Below, piece by piece: positions 1 to 14,582 of a stretch of 64,000 nt of DNA. Origin of the DNA: Octopus vulgaris. Its lineage: Eukaryota. Under the pieces are notes generated by a model. That model saw only the letters and a list, made by a program, of their open reading frames with translations. It was not told the DNA's origin and made no database searches. The DNA lies in assembly GCA_951406725.2 (NCBI GenBank), contig OX597825.1:31372001-31436000 (forward strand), written 5' to 3'. The first letter of the stretch is position 1; each line of letters starts with the position of its first letter. Position numbers and translations under genes: made by a program.

Positions 1-329
1 AGCAGCCTCTATCTGGTTATTCAGTCTGCTAGACATAGCAACTAAATATCTCCCAAATCATATTTCTGATAAGCTTAACATGTTAAAGAAGAAAATGACA
101 TATTAGATAATCTAATATTAGATAATCTAATACTTCATAGTATTACATAAACTCTAAAAAGGCGACAATAATGCTCACAGTTGTAATACCTTTGATCCCA
201 GACCTAATTAATCAGTTTAGATATCAAGATGACATTGAATGAGATCTTCTTTTGAAAGACAGAATAACTTCTGAGTCGATTCGAAGAAGAAATCCTAAGA
301 AACCAGTGAATCTAGTCTCTCTATACACC

Positions 330-377
<48 letters not shown>

Positions 378-1201
378 CTCTCTCTCTCTCTTGCTCTCTC
401 TCTCTCTCTTGCTCTCTCTTTTTCCCATCTGCTTCTAATGGTAATCGGACTAATCCCTTATAAAACGCTCTCTCTCAAATCACAAAAGATCAAGCAATGC
501 ATTTAACTTCATCATACTGAAGCAAAAAAGAAACGATCACATCTTTTCTCACTCCCACTCTCTCTTTCTCTCTCTCTCTCTCCCTTTCACGCTCTCTCTC
601 AATCTATCTATCTATCTACCTATATATCTCCATCTCTCACCCACGTTATTTCTTTCTTTCGTTCCTTAATCAACTTCCACGAAAACCTGATTCTTCCCCT
701 TCACTGATCGCCATTTTTTTTAAAGATTACATTTGTTCCCCACTCTGTCCCTCGGGTTATTTTTTTCCTACAATCGTCTCCCTCGGTGAAGTTCAGCCTG
801 TTGCTGCCATTGCTGCTGTTTCAGTCGGTTGCTGCCAGGGTTGCTACCATAGAAGCTGTATTGCTGCTGTTAATATCACTTTTAACACAGCTCTTAGTTT
901 TTAGCACTGCTGCTACTACAGTCGCTGCATTTCACAGAATATCTGCAATAAATGCTGCAACCATCACCGTTGATGCACTTATGGCATTTGTTACTAGACG
1001 TGGCGATAGAAACTTTAGTATTTTTCTTGTTGTTTCTGTCGCAGTCGTTTGCAACTGCTGTAACCTAACATCTAAGCGCCATTCACAGCATCAATGAGTC
1101 TATTATGAAACTAGGTGACATTATAGAAATTGTACCAGGTTCTTTGATAGAATACAGCAACGTCATATTTCCACCAAAATGGCTCTCCTGGTAGAGGTGA
1201 A

Positions 1202-1251
<50 letters not shown>

Positions 1252-1410
1252 TTAAAAGGAGGTAGTCAGAATTTCGATGTTTCTTTTATTTAGCGAGAAC
1301 AAAGAATTAGATATAAAACTATCCAAAATTCTGACAACCACCTTTATATGTATAGAATCTTGATGTATAAAATCTGTACACTACTTCAAACAATATATGT
1401 ATACACACAC

Positions 1411-1471
<61 letters not shown>

Positions 1472-1643
1472 CAAAATGAGAAAATGGAGAAACATACTTA
1501 AATTAATCAATCATCAACCATCAGATAATACCCAATCAATACTTTATTACACCATTACATAACAGCAATAACATTATGCATAATATATTGCAAATATAAC
1601 TAGACATGGAAATAGAAATATAAAATACAATTACATCATATCT

Positions 1644-1689
<46 letters not shown>

Positions 1690-1692
<3 letters not shown>

Positions 1693-2546
1693 GGTGCGGT
1701 GAATAAACTGTCGTCTAAATTATGCAAAAATGAAAGTAACTCTGGCATCTCATTTTAACAGATATATTTACCAAAATTACATACAAATATCTTGAAATAC
1801 TAAAAAATAAATATATTCAATAAAATTTCCATTCGCTTCAACCAGACGACTTCGGAATCGTATGCAACTCTTCTGGATGGTCTCCTTGTTTAAGTTGGTG
1901 GATGCTGCCATAATACTTGCCTTCAGTTCATCTTTGGTATTACAAAGAGTTTTGTTGATCTCTCGCTCAACTGCACCTCACACATAATAATTAAGGGGGT
2001 TGCAGTTTGGGGAGTTAGGTGGCCAGATGTTAAGGGTGATGTGGTCGCAGAAATTATCTGACAGCCAAGCCTGGGTTCTCTTGCTTGTTTGGCATGGTGC
2101 AGAGTCCTGTTGTCAGACGCAGGGTCTTCTAGGAGCCAATCTCTTGACCCAGGGTAACACTACCTCCTCCAGGCACTTGATGCAAGCCTTCGTGCTGAGT
2201 CTGAGGCCGTGTGGGGAGATGAATGGAGGTATAATGTCAGCATCACTAGTGATCACTCCAAACACCATAATGCTGACGGGATGCTTGATTTTTAACACTC
2301 TCGGTACATGTCCTGAGATTGCACTGTCCTCAGTGTTACTATTGGAGCTTCCAGCACGAATGCCAAGCAGGACAGCATGTCGCTTCCAAATTTCTATCAC
2401 AGGGAATTGCGTAATGGTACTGTTTTTCTTACAGATGGTGCAACTGAACCTACTGTACTGTGTAGTTGACAAGATCAAAAACAAACAACGTGCATGCGCT
2501 AAATTTAAAATATAACATGGTGACAATTTACCCATCGAACCCCGTG
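1690..2546 (-). mobile_element. Decayed Tc1/mariner DNA transposon, maT/DD37D type, internally deleted
   Basis: Minus strand reads IMVFGVITSD...V*QQDSAPCQTS...WPPNSPNCNPLNYYV*GA, with 37 residues between the second D and the (mutated) third D position. Degenerate TIRs (CAGGGTGCGGTGAATAAACTGTC vs reverse complement of 2522-2546) are flanked by TA. Confidence 0.85.
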
Positions 2547-2572
2547 TATTTTTATATATATATATATATATT

Positions 2573-2950
2573 CTCTTTTTCTCTTTTACTTGTTTCAGTC
2601 ATTTGGCTGTGGCCATGCTGGAGCACCGCCTTTAGTCGAGCAAATCGACACCAGGACTTATTCTTTGTAAGCCTAGTACTTATTCTATCGATCTCTTTTG
2701 CCGAACCACTAAGTTACGGAAACGTAAACACACCAGCATCGGTTGTCGAGCAATGTTGGGGGGAGGGACAGACAAACGCAGACACACAAACACACACATA
2801 CACACACACACATATATATATATATACGACAGGCTTCTTTCCCGAGGCTATAGCAGAATACACTTGACCAAGGTGCCACACAGTGGGACTGATCCCAGAA
2901 CCATGTGGTTGGTAAGCAAGCTACTTACCACACAGCCACTCTTACGCCTA
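2573..2950 (-). mobile_element. tRNA-derived SINE, family A
   Basis: Near-identical to copies at 12303, 27977, 34084 and 37373. Pol III A/B box-like head (GTGGCTGTGTGGTAAG...GG[A/T]TCAGTCCC) and an internal (TA)/(TG) tract. Confidence 0.85.
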
Positions 2951-3139
2951 CATTTATTTTAAAAAAGTGAAAAACAAAATGAAAATTTTAAACAAAGTAA
3001 AATTTTTTTTAAATAACTAATCAAACGCTTATCTTACGCAAAACACAACCTAAAGAAACTATTAACAAAGGCAAAATTCAACATGAACAAACGGGATAAC
3101 ACATTCGCAGTATCCAAGTGTAATGATAACAGATGTGAA

Positions 3140-3268
3140 ACGTATGCATTATCGGAACGCTCACGAGTCCACAGACAACAAATCCGGAACACCAATGTTC
3201 GCAAAATTCCCTTCAGCGAACATATAGAGACATGTGGTCAGAAAATGTTTCTAATTTTTCCTTTCCAC
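3140..3268. repeat. Unclassified dispersed repeat (second copy about 41496-41616)
   Basis: TGCATTATCGGAAC...CAAATCCGGAACACCAATGTTC...TGTGGTCAGAAAATGTTTCTAATTTTTCCTTTCCAC occurs twice. Confidence 0.75.
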
Positions 3269-3680
3269 GCAGTACACGATACAAGTGAGGCTGGAAAAAA
3301 GATAAAAGAAAAACGATTTATTAAAATGTTCTAACTTATTCTGAACGGAAATAGCAGGAATCATATAACAACCAGTTAATGATGTGGATAAATATATATA
3401 CACGTTACAGAATATCGGTACGTCTGACAAACCGTGATGTTTGAAAGCAAGCGGATTGATCAAAAAGGTATTCAAAAAATTCATCTAGCTGGAGTGTTCT
3501 AAGAGGTACTAAAGATGTCAAGAACTCAATTTGAAATCTGATGAGTATACTATGTATGAAAGAGCGAGTTTTGTTAAAATATCATAATAAAAACGTGAAA
3601 ACCAGACTATGTTTTAACTTTATTCAACTGATATATTATTCTACACAAATAGGAAACAAAATATTGATATGTATGCGTGC

Positions 3681-3788
<108 letters not shown>

Positions 3789-4014
3789 TAGATAGTTAGA
3801 TAGATAGATAGATAAAGATATACGTGATCTGATGGATAAGTTTCTGGACTGTTGCCATAGTAAGGAAGCTAAACCACGTAGAGTAAAGTCGCTTGGCACA
3901 GATTGACCTTAAACTCTGTTGTGCATGTACACTAAGTTTTAACGTTCTGGTTTACTTTCGATATTTACAGCAGTTCTTGGAAGGAAGGTGTGTAACGTGT
4001 GATCGTCGCATTGA

Positions 4015-4385
4015 CCATGATAGCGAAAATTAAGCTGAGAATCTGTATCAAATTTTGATAAAAGCTTGGCGATACCTAATCAGAAGCCTACGCAAAGTTT
4101 TCAAAAAGTTTTCAGCATTCTTGACACAATCAAGGAGATCTTGTGCGACTGAAACATGAGTGTCTTTTTGCTCAGCTGAAAACAGTTTTGACACAAACTT
4201 GGCAGACATACATCTCATACCCAAATCTTCAGAGAAATTAACTGAACCATAACTAATCTGCACATCCTCTAACAACTCACGGATGGTGATTCGACGATTT
4301 CCCCTCACAGCTGCATGGCTGCTTAAACAAAAATTCTCACTGTATTATCCACTCTCCAGGACTGCCTTCAGCTGATTTTCTACAG
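4015..4385. mobile_element. Rearranged mariner transposase relic
   Basis: Minus: NRRITIRELLEDVQISYGSV...EDLGMRCMSAKFVSKL (second HTH and linker). Plus: RICIKF*..LG N-terminus at about 4035 and a PxSPDLAPxDF-like remnant at about 4345-4380. Confidence 0.75.
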
Positions 4386-4880
4386 AAAATTGCCTAATAA
4401 CTTATGAATGACAGATACCTTTCAAACAAGATGTCTACTCAAATTCAGACTGACTGACATCAAGTTTCTTACAGATACATTCCAGCCTCTGACAGAGACA
4501 TACGCTGTTTCCACTCTGCTCTCGGCCTTTTCTTTTGCTAGACACTGGTTTCGGACCCTTTATCATCACTTTGCTCTGAGTGACCTCCCAAAAGATTACT
4601 CCCCGCTCACTTGAAGGATCTTGTTTTGGTGCCTAGAAGAAAGCACACAGTACACTCTTTACAGAGGTTGGAGTTAGAAAGGGCATCCAGCCATAGTAAC
4701 CGTGTCAAAGTAGAAGTTGGTGCTTGGTGCAGTCCTGTCTCGTCAGCTCCTGTGGAACAGTTCAACACATGCCAGTAAGAAAAGCAGACGTTAGAGATGA
4801 TGATGGAGATGATGATGATGGTGGTGATGGTGATGATGATAATGAGGAGGAATAGGAGGTTATACATGAATCACACACAC

Positions 4881-4971
<91 letters not shown>

Positions 4972-5263
4972 CCATATGTATATTATATATATATATATAT
5001 GTCCATATGTATGGGGAGAATGTGTGAATGGTGAGAGGGGAGTGTATTTGAACGTTATGACTTGGAAAGTGAACAATGAAGCACAGTTTAATGCATGGTA
5101 TGTATGTGGTATGGACATAGATATTTGCTAAATTACTGTCACTAATTAAAAGATAATTAATTCCGGTGGAAAAAAATCTCTCTCAGGAACTACAAGAGAC
5201 TCATGACTCATGACCCACCTACTAAAAAGAAACAAACAAACGAGAATATAAATACCAAATATA

Positions 5264-5299
<36 letters not shown>

Positions 5300-5939
5300 T
5301 GTATGTATGTATGTATGTATGTATGTATGTATGTATGTGTAAATGTATATGTGTATTTGATACATGCTTCTATATTGTGTGTGTGTGCGTGCGTGTATAA
5401 ATAGATACATACATATACACACACCTGTACATGCACACATATGTGTGTAAGTATGTATGTATGTATCTATGTACACCCACTTGCACGTCATATGGCCTCT
5501 TTATTTTATTACACATGTAACTTTTTTTATACATGGTTTTTAAGCAGGACGATGAGATTTGTTAAAGAGGTTAAACTGCACCATACAAAATCAGTTCTTT
5601 TTTTTCTGGCGCCGATGTTCTAATTTCAAACCTCGCAAATAACTGCTTTAACTTTTATTAACGATATCTGGAGATGATAAAATATGTAGCAGTAATATAT
5701 TGAGGTCTGTTCAGTCGACTGTACTCACACAGATGGTAGACGTTTTTCTAGTTTATTACAAACCTCAAACCTCACGTATTCGCTGAATGCCAAAACCTAT
5801 GTAGTTGGGCGCAACATTGAAGACAGAAAAAAAGTGAACACAATATTGCAACTTGACGAAATTTTCATTAATTTCACTATGTTTCTACTTGTGCCCTACG
5901 ATATTCCTACACTGTGATGGCTATTTACATTTCGGTGGA

Positions 5940-6216
5940 CAAGCCCGTCGGCTGCGGGGTCATTCCGAAAAGCTCTATCTGATACGATTTCATCTCAATC
6001 GAAGGAGAGGGGCTTTCTCCGTCCGGGTTGCGGATCCGTGGAATAAGCTGCCGGACGAGATGGTGAAGATGCCGACGACCGCTCGGTTCAAAGTCTCCCT
6101 TGACCACAATTGGCCTGAACTCTTTACATGAAAACCACCCTGTACATAACTCCAGGTCCCCCTACATGGCCTTGCTTTTTGCTTTTTGAGCCAAAAAATT
6201 AACTAACTAACTAACT
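5940..6216 (+). mobile_element. 3' end of a CR1-clade LINE
   Basis: LRGHSEKL...RRGAFSVRVADPWNKLPDEMV...FKVSLD is the typical CR1 ORF2 C-terminus, followed by a short 3' UTR and an (AACT)n tail. Confidence 0.85.
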
Positions 6217-6502
6217 GATTGCAGAAATCAAAGACAATACTAACGTTGACAAGGAACGAAACAATTGTCTCTTGGTTGCTTGTACGGTAATTTGTCGTTC
6301 ATTTTCTACAGGTTTGCATCTCAATGAGCAAGCAAAATGTTTCTAATATAGATATGGGAGGAAGGAGCTAACCGATAAAATTGAACTCAGGACTTTGATG
6401 ATATATTATTTTGTCTGCTTCGAAGGATGAAATCATAATTTGTCCTCTTCGGAATACCGAAAAGGATTTTGTCCCTCGTGTTTATGATTCGGCCAATTTA
6501 CT

Positions 6503-6735
6503 TATTTATTTACTACCCACAAGGGGCTAAACACAGAGAGGACAAACAAGGACAGAGAAACGGATTAAGTCGATTACGTCGACCCTAGTGCGTAGCTGGT
6601 ACTTATTTAATCGACCCTGAAAGGATGAAAAGCAAAGTCGACCACAGCGGAATTTGAACTCAGAACGTAGCGACAGACGAAATACCGCTAGGCATTTCGC
6701 CCGGCGTGCTAACGTTTCTGCCAGCTCGCCGCCTT
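6503..6735 (-). mobile_element. tRNA-derived SINE, family B
   Basis: Head AAGGCGGCGAGCTGGCAGAA...GAGTTCAAATTCCGC. Many homologues in the window (about 9760, 10960, 11270, 12782, 24132, 31328, 44030, 50300, 57145, 57971). Confidence 0.85.
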
Positions 6736-6925
6736 ATGATTCGGTCAATTTATCGCCTTCAACTAAGAAAATTGTAATTTAGGCACAAACCAATTTTTTT
6801 CGAGGAGAACAGGTTACTCGATAGTATCGACACTAGTACATGACCGGTACTTTATTTTATCCACCTTGCAAGGAAGAAATGATAAGCTGACATCGTTGGA
6901 ATTTGAAATTAGAACGTAAAGAACC

Positions 6926-6999
<74 letters not shown>

Positions 7000-7384
7000 C
7001 TGTGTGTGTCTTAACGTCTTAACGTGTCTCCCAATTTATCGCGCCTGAGTAAGAAAAGCTAAAGGCAGCCAAAAATAGGTAAATGAATATTAATTTTAAA
7101 ATATAAAAAACACTTTACACGTCTTTGATTCGAGGTTTGTTCTACCAAACTTTCTTGGATGTTTAAAGAACCAGATGTATTTTAACTTCTCATACTGTAA
7201 GTAATCCACATAAACAAATAATTCCTTCTCATATTGACAAAAACGCTTTTGTAAAAGCAAAACAAATGGTGTAAAAAGTATTGTATACTGTTTCTAGCGA
7301 AGAATGAGTGATCCAATTTACTTTTACGATATGGGTGTATGTGAGTTTGTGCGTATGTGCGAGCGTGTCTGTGTATATGTATAC

Positions 7385-7431
<47 letters not shown>

Positions 7432-7747
7432 TGCAAATTCAATTTATCAAGTAAATAATGGCAAGTAATGCCAATATTGAAACATTTCCTGCGGTTATAT
7501 TTAAAAGACTTCCCCACCTCAGCAATGAACACGATTTCTAATAAGCATAATAGTAATAACAACAACAACAACAACAACAATAATAATAACAATAATTATA
7601 ATAATAATATTGGTGATGATGACGACGACGACGATGATGATGATCATGAGGATGATGATGATGATGATGATGATGATATAAAGTAATCTATTTCAACCGA
7701 GATCTATTTGTTGACTGAATTTTCATCAGATGAGAATAAGTTGCAAG

Positions 7748-7852
<105 letters not shown>

Positions 7853-7860
7853 CATACATA

Positions 7861-7971
<111 letters not shown>

Positions 7972-8026
7972 ACAAAGAGAGGGAAAAAGAGCAGTTAAAG
8001 CCAAACTCCAACGTGTTGATTGGCCG

Positions 8027-8068
<42 letters not shown>

Positions 8069-8282
8069 GAAATATCATTTCTAAATCTCTCTAAAGGAGA
8101 GACATGGCAGTAGTACTAGTTATTAATATTTATCGCTAAGTTTACGTGGCAGCCCAGAGAAATAGGACGAATACTCATGTTAATTAGCTCCAAGAAGTTA
8201 TCGCCTCTAGCTAACTATATGACACATATCTGTGTCCATAACAGCAGCATTCCTATTTCTCTGGACTGCCACGTTAGCTTGG

Positions 8283-8322
<40 letters not shown>

Positions 8323-8551
8323 GGGAATATAATTTAAAAACTTACAGGGAAAAATTCAATTTAGCAATTCTAAATCAAATTTCGCAATATATAATATATG
8401 TATAAAACTTAGAGAATAACTTCTATTAAACAATTCAATAATGAAAGACGTTATTCACATCATACAAAAAACATTATTCTAAAATTAGATTACATAAACA
8501 ATAAATAGTATTTACTATTTATGATTTATGTACTCTATTTATATATATATA

Positions 8552-8594
<43 letters not shown>

Positions 8595-8812
8595 CATACA
8601 TACATATATATACGTACATACATACATACATAAATACGTACATACATACATACATACGTAAGTACGTACATACATACATACATACATACATACATACTTA
8701 CGTATACATATACATATACATATATATATAAATATATATATATATATGAATTAACAGAATGAGATGAAAAAAAGTCAAAAACTATGAAAGATTTCAGATC
8801 ATTTATAGAGAA

Positions 8813-8860
8813 GTCTTACAGCTGTTTCCGGGATATTTTATACATCCCTTCATCAGAGAC
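8813..8860 (-). ncRNA. Minimal type I hammerhead ribozyme motif
   Basis: Minus: GTCT-CTGATGA-aGGGAT..ATCCCg-GAAA-CAGCTG-TA-AGAC. Canonical core, stems I and II pair, palindromic stem III. Confidence 0.85.
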
Positions 8861-9163
8861 GGTGCAAGAAAATAGTTAAGCAATAGTTATTGTAAAGAAG
8901 ATATGAAATACAGAGTGTAGTGGAGGAAGGAAAATATAAGTGAGATATATAGTGAACAGGTGAGATTCGGAGATGCCCAGTATAGGAAACAGTATAATGC
9001 TCAAATGATTTGAAGTTACAATCCGAAATTTTTACGAGAACTAAGTTTACAGGATAAAGAGTGACGATACGAGAAATGTAGGTGATCTGATATAGAAATA
9101 GTGATGTACATAAACAAATGAAAATGCTTGGGCTTGATATATAAAATAGATGTCAATCTCCCC

Positions 9164-9304
9164 ATCCTGAAGACGGAGGCCGGATTTACGGTAATGCTTA
9201 TACGCATCCACTACTGATTGCATATCCTTGACTTTTTGCACACTCCATCTACCAACGTTACTGCTATTGCGTAATTCCGAGCCCTCACCCAAACAGCTGT
9301 CGGA
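9164..9304 (+). ncRNA. Degenerate hammerhead motif with long stem II
   Basis: CTGAAGA at 9167, long stem II (GAGGCCGGATTTACGGTAAT/ATTGCGTAATTCCGAGCCCTC), then cAAA-CAGCTG-TC. G12 is mutated and stem I is weak. Confidence 0.55.
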
Positions 9305-9417
9305 CCTGAAATATCATGCCCTATGCCCTTAGTTTTCCGTATCTTTTCTACTCCATGTAAATCTGTTCATTAAATACCTACATGCTTATACATGAATGTT
9401 CATCAGAATATTTTCAG

Positions 9418-9541
<124 letters not shown>

Positions 9542-9759
9542 TTACATGTGTATATGTATATATTCCGAAAGAATGAAAAATTCGCCATACCTTGAAAGTA
9601 CAAAGTGAACACTTACGGTTATATTCACATACATTCACGCATATATACATACATGCACACATACATACATACATACATACATAAATACATACATACATAC
9701 ATACATACATACATACATACATACATACATACATACATACATACATGCATACATATATA

Positions 9760-10105
9760 GAGGGGACAAACAATGGCAGACAAAGGGATTAAGTCGATTA
9801 CATCGATCCCAGTGCGTAACTGGTACTTATTTTATTGACCCCGAAAGGATGAAAGGCAAAGTCGACCTCGGCGGAAGTTGAACTCAGAACGTAACAGCAG
9901 ACGAAATACCTATTTCTTTACTACCCACAAGGGGCTAAACACAGAGGACAAACAAGGACAGACAAACGGATTAAGTCGATTATATCGACCCCAGTGTGTA
10001 ACTGGTATTTATTTAATCGACCCCGAAAGGATGGAAAGCAAAGTCGACCTCGGCGGAATTTGAACTCAGAACGTATCAGCAGACGAAATACCGCTAAGCA
10101 TTTCG
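9760..10105 (-). mobile_element. Two tandem SINE family B copies
   Basis: GGATTAAGTCGATTA...GTCGACCTCGGCGGAA.TTGAACTCAGAACGTA.CAGCAGACGAAATACC occurs twice in tandem. Confidence 0.85.
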
Positions 10106-11609
10106 CTGCCTTAGGCGGATGTATAATTAAAACAATTGTCGGGGGAGATATCATTGTGATGCAGAAAAAAGCAACATTAGTGACTTCGCATGTTTTCGGA
10201 AATTGGACTGGGGGAAATTTGAACACAGAACATTTTCTTTCTTTCACTCAGAAAAAGAGGATGTGTCTCTGAACCGTTTTGGGGTCTCCAAGATTGGTGG
10301 TAAGGAAGAAGGAATGTATCCTCAAACTGGAGATCTAGTTTGAAGGGTTGCAACAGAATGAACTCTGCTAAAAGCAAAGTACCAGATGGTGGTGCTAAGT
10401 CTACTAACTATGGCGGGATTTGAACTCGAATGCAAGGAATCAGACCACAATCTACAAGACCTCTGTTTTTATTGTTCCACTAATATACCGATTTGATTTT
10501 AACCTTTTTTATCGGCCTCGGAAAGATGAAATGTAAAGTTTTCCTCTGAAGGATTCGAACTCAGGGCATTGAAAGCCGGAGTAAATAACTCAAGGAAATT
10601 TATCTACTAAGCTACCGATTCTTTCCTGATCATACAGCTAACTGTTAGTGGCGGAAAGAGTAAGGTCGAAGTAATGTGTACGGGGAAAATTGCAAAGTGA
10701 TCAAGACATCGGTAAGATTTGAACTTAGAAAGTGTAGAGACGTAAGGTGTTTTAGTTGAAGAGTCACGGCCCTTGTAACTGCTAGAATAATCTTTTCTAA
10801 CAAACACAATGATCCGATTACTTAACTGCAACGGAAAGACGAAAGACAAAAGACAACATTTACTGCGATAAATATTGAACTCACTACATTAAGAGCAATA
10901 ACAGCATTACTTTCTGACTTACGCACAAGGCCAATAATTTTGAGGGGAAATGAGTTAATCGACCCTGGTCGAATGAAAGGCAAAATTAACCTCGGCAGGA
11001 TTTGAACTCAATAAAATACACTCAAAATGCTCTTCCGGCGCTCTAAGAGTTCTGCCATCTCATTACCCTTGAGACTTATAACAACTATGGCTAGTAATTT
11101 ATTTCATCGACCCAAGAGGGTGAAAGGCAAAGATAACTTCGTCGGGATTTGAACTCAGAATGTAAAAAAAAAAACTGGACAGCATACTGCAAAGTATTTT
11201 CTTTCTCGACTAATAGTTGCTCATTTAGGCAAGCTGTCGACCTAAGTACTTGACTGCTCCTTTATTTAATCAACCCTGGTCGAATGAAAGGCAAAGTTAA
11301 CCTCGGCAGGATTTGAACTCAGTAAAATACACTCAAAATACTCTTCGGGCGATCTAAGAGCTCTGCCATCTCGTTGCCCTTGAAACTTATAACAACTAGC
11401 AGGACCCACGGAAATTCCAAACTTTTATAAATTTCCTTATTTGTATCATGACTTATAGACCTTCATAACATTGCTTCATTTTATTAATGAATAAAATTGT
11501 CAACAATTTTGTTTCGTAGTTATGATTACATGTAAAAGGGTATGTAAGAACAGGAAGAATAATATTATAGAGAGGTAGGATCCATGGAAATTCTATGCTT
11601 TATAATTGA

Positions 11610-12096
11610 CTAGCAGCATAGCCCAGCATTGCCCGGGTATGTAAGAGGCCCTGCAACAGACATGATGCTCGCTGTGAATTTTTTTAAAAATTCCTGTCAA
11701 TTTGTGAAAGATATTGTCGAAAATATGTCATCTCGAATTTGAACGCGATTTCCCAAAATGGCATGATTTTATCGATTTTTTCTGATGGTAAGGTATTGCA
11801 TGGAAAACTAAAGTCAGAATCAAGTTTCTTAGGGTAACATTAAGCGAAAACTACAACAGAAAATGTGTTGCAAATAAAAAGCTTAGATTCTCGACCCCAT
11901 GTCGAATTTATCGATTTTTTTCAGAACTGGAGGAACTTTTCAAAATTTTCGCTGCGTTAGTTTTGAATTATGACATTGGGCTATGTGTGTGTCAAGTTTC
12001 ATCAGAATCGGTTGAAAGCCGTGGTCAGGGTGAGGGTACAACCTGACAGACACACAGACACACACACAGACAAACTGCCGTTTATATATAGAGAGA
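11610..12096 (-). mobile_element. Non-autonomous Helitron
   Basis: Minus strand starts TCTCTCTATATATAAACGGCAG and ends with hairpin CCCGGGCAATGCTGGG then CTAG. Inserted between A and T with no TSD. Confidence 0.8.
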
Positions 12097-12302
12097 TTTT
12101 ATTTGGTTGCATAAATTTAATGAAATTCATAATTTCCTTATATTTCCTTGTTTCCACTTTTGTTCCATATTTAATGGTTGTTTAACTCGTGATACTTGAG
12201 TATATCACATTCTATTAACGATTTAGATTATCTCGTTGATATTTCGTTCTGCACTGATAGTTGTTTCAGCGCAACACTCGATCTTATTAGAGTATACTCG
12301 TT

Positions 12303-12502
12303 ACTCTCTTTTACTTGTTTCAGTCATTTGACTGCGGCCATGCTGGAGCACCGCCTTTAGTCGAGAAAACTGACCCCAGGACTTATTCATTGTAAGCCTA
12401 GTACTTATTCTATCGGTCTCTATTGCCGAACCGCTAAGTTACGGGACATGAACACACCAGCATCGGTTGTCAAGCGATTTTGGAGGGACAAACACAGACA
12501 CA

Positions 12503-12548
<46 letters not shown>

Positions 12549-12759
12549 AGAAGCCTGTCGTGTATATGTATATATATATATATATACATATACACGACAG
12601 GCTTCTTTCAGTTTCCGTCTACCAAATCCACTCACAAGGCTTTGGTCGGCCCGAGGCTATGGTAGAAGACACTTGCCCAAAGTGCCACGCGGTAGGACTG
12701 AACCCGGAGCCATGTGGTTGGTAAGCAAGCTACTTACCACACAGCCACTCCTGCGCCTA
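12303..12759 (-). mobile_element. SINE family A, full length
   Basis: Colinear with the copy at 34084-34485. Confidence 0.88.
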
Positions 12760-13375
12760 TAAAGTATGTTAAAGAATAAATTGGCGAGATGGCAGAATTG
12801 TTTCTGCGCCATAAAAAAATTCTTAACCTCATTTCTTCCGGCTCTTTATGCTATCAATTCGAATTCCGCCGAAGTCGACTTTGCCCTTCATCCCTACGGT
12901 GTCAATAAAATAATAATCAGCTGAGTACGGGAGTCAATGAATTCAAATTACACCCAACGCCACCAAAAGTGTGCAAAAAATTGAAACTATTATATTAAAG
13001 AATTAGTTTATGTCGTCGATTTTGTTTCATACCTCTTTAAATGCATAACAGTCGAATCTGGGGGGAAAAAAACAAGCAAAATAAAATTACAGATGATTTG
13101 AAATTTTGCTGCAAAGGTAAACGTTTGGTGAAGAAGTCGAAGCCGAGTTCAATTATTTAAATACGAGGCTATTTTATCAACTCCGGAAGGTAAATCTAAC
13201 CGCTCAAATTTTGAACTCGGAAATTAAATGGACATAACTAAAATTTTCAAATTATTTACTTTCATGCTGTATAGATTTCAACCACTAATTTGAGACGGTT
13301 ACAATAATAAACGCAGTTGAACAGATACAAAGAGAACAGCATATAACAGAAAAGGCATGATTTTGAATATCCTTC

Positions 13376-14507
13376 TGTAGCGGGAATAGACGAAGAATCA
13401 GTTCTGTAGAACGACCGTGCGAAAGGGAGAGGTGACGAATGAAGGACTCCTTTAAACAACGCACGGTCGCCTTACAATAAAAGCCGAAATATGGATAAAT
13501 GAGTATAAATGCCAGAAGGAATAAGAAAGACGACACAAGCGTAGAATGCTTAAGAGAAAGGTTTATTTAGATGTTATCATGTGGGTAGCAGAGTGTGTGT
13601 CTGTGTGTTCGTCATAAGTACATATATTATAAGAACAGTAATAATAGACAGGCCGTAATGCATACAATAATGTGTATGCGTGTTAGCAGAGTGTGTCTGT
13701 GAGTTTGTCAGAAGTACATATATGATAAGAACAATAATAATAGACAGGCCGTCAAGCATACATAATGTGTATGTGTGTACAAACAAGGGTGTATGCGTGC
13801 GAGATAAAATACAGAGCATAGAAATGAGTCTGTCAGGACGCTAGAAGTTCAGACACAAAATGAAGATAATACCAGTCCGTAGTAAGTTGCACAATAGTAG
13901 TAGTTCTGTAACAAAAAGTTGAGGCGAAAAGGGCAGAGCCGGTCACTACGTGTCGTGTAGAGGTTGTGACTTCTATGCTGTCCCGGGTTACTTGGTACAG
14001 AAGGTTCTCGCAAGTTGAGCTTACTGTTAACCATGGTGAAGTATTCACAAACAGTGAGAAGTTAAACCTGGGCGAAGTTGCTGTTGGCGTCGTTAAGATG
14101 AAGGCGACGGTGGTGGAGATGATGTAAAAATGAAGGTGACGTTAAAATGAAGGCGACGTTTAGATGAAGGCCACGTTAAGATGAAGGCAATGTAGGTGCA
14201 GATCCGGAAATGCTGCTAGTGTTGTCTGTCCATGTCTGTCGCTGGAACTGGCTGTGTCGCTCTGTGGTCAGTGACTAGACCTTAGAATGTCTATAGCCAA
14301 AGACGCTCGATTCAATGAATCGCTGTGTTTTATAGCAAATTATAGGTTCAAACGAAGCTTTAGAAAAACTGTGTCACAGGTTGCGATTGGTTGGGTTGCA
14401 CATTTGGGGCGTAATACATCAAGAGACAAACTGCGCCAATACCAACCAATCAGAGTAGTGGATACAACGGGGCCCAAGCTTCCGAAGGTTAGCTGTTATC
14501 TGCTACG
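13376..14507 (-). mobile_element. Possible solo LTR
   Basis: Ends TGTAGC.../...GCTACG. Minus strand has CCAAT boxes (about 14385-14450), TATAAA (about 14330) and AATAAA (about 13562). Internal tandem repeats (about 98 bp at 13585-13775; AAGATGAAGGCGACG units at 14095-14190). No clear TSD. Confidence 0.35.
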
Positions 14508-14525
14508 TCCGTATTTATGTTATAT

Positions 14526-14582
<57 letters not shown>

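Noticed and set aside
786-1097. Hydrophobic 103-aa ORF resembling a signal peptide
   Set aside because: GTG start, (CTG/TTG)-rich low complexity and no recognisable family.
14095-14190. Repeat-spacer-like AAGATGAAGGCGACG units
   Set aside because: Short degenerate tandem repeat without unique spacers or cas genes, in a eukaryotic context; not CRISPR.
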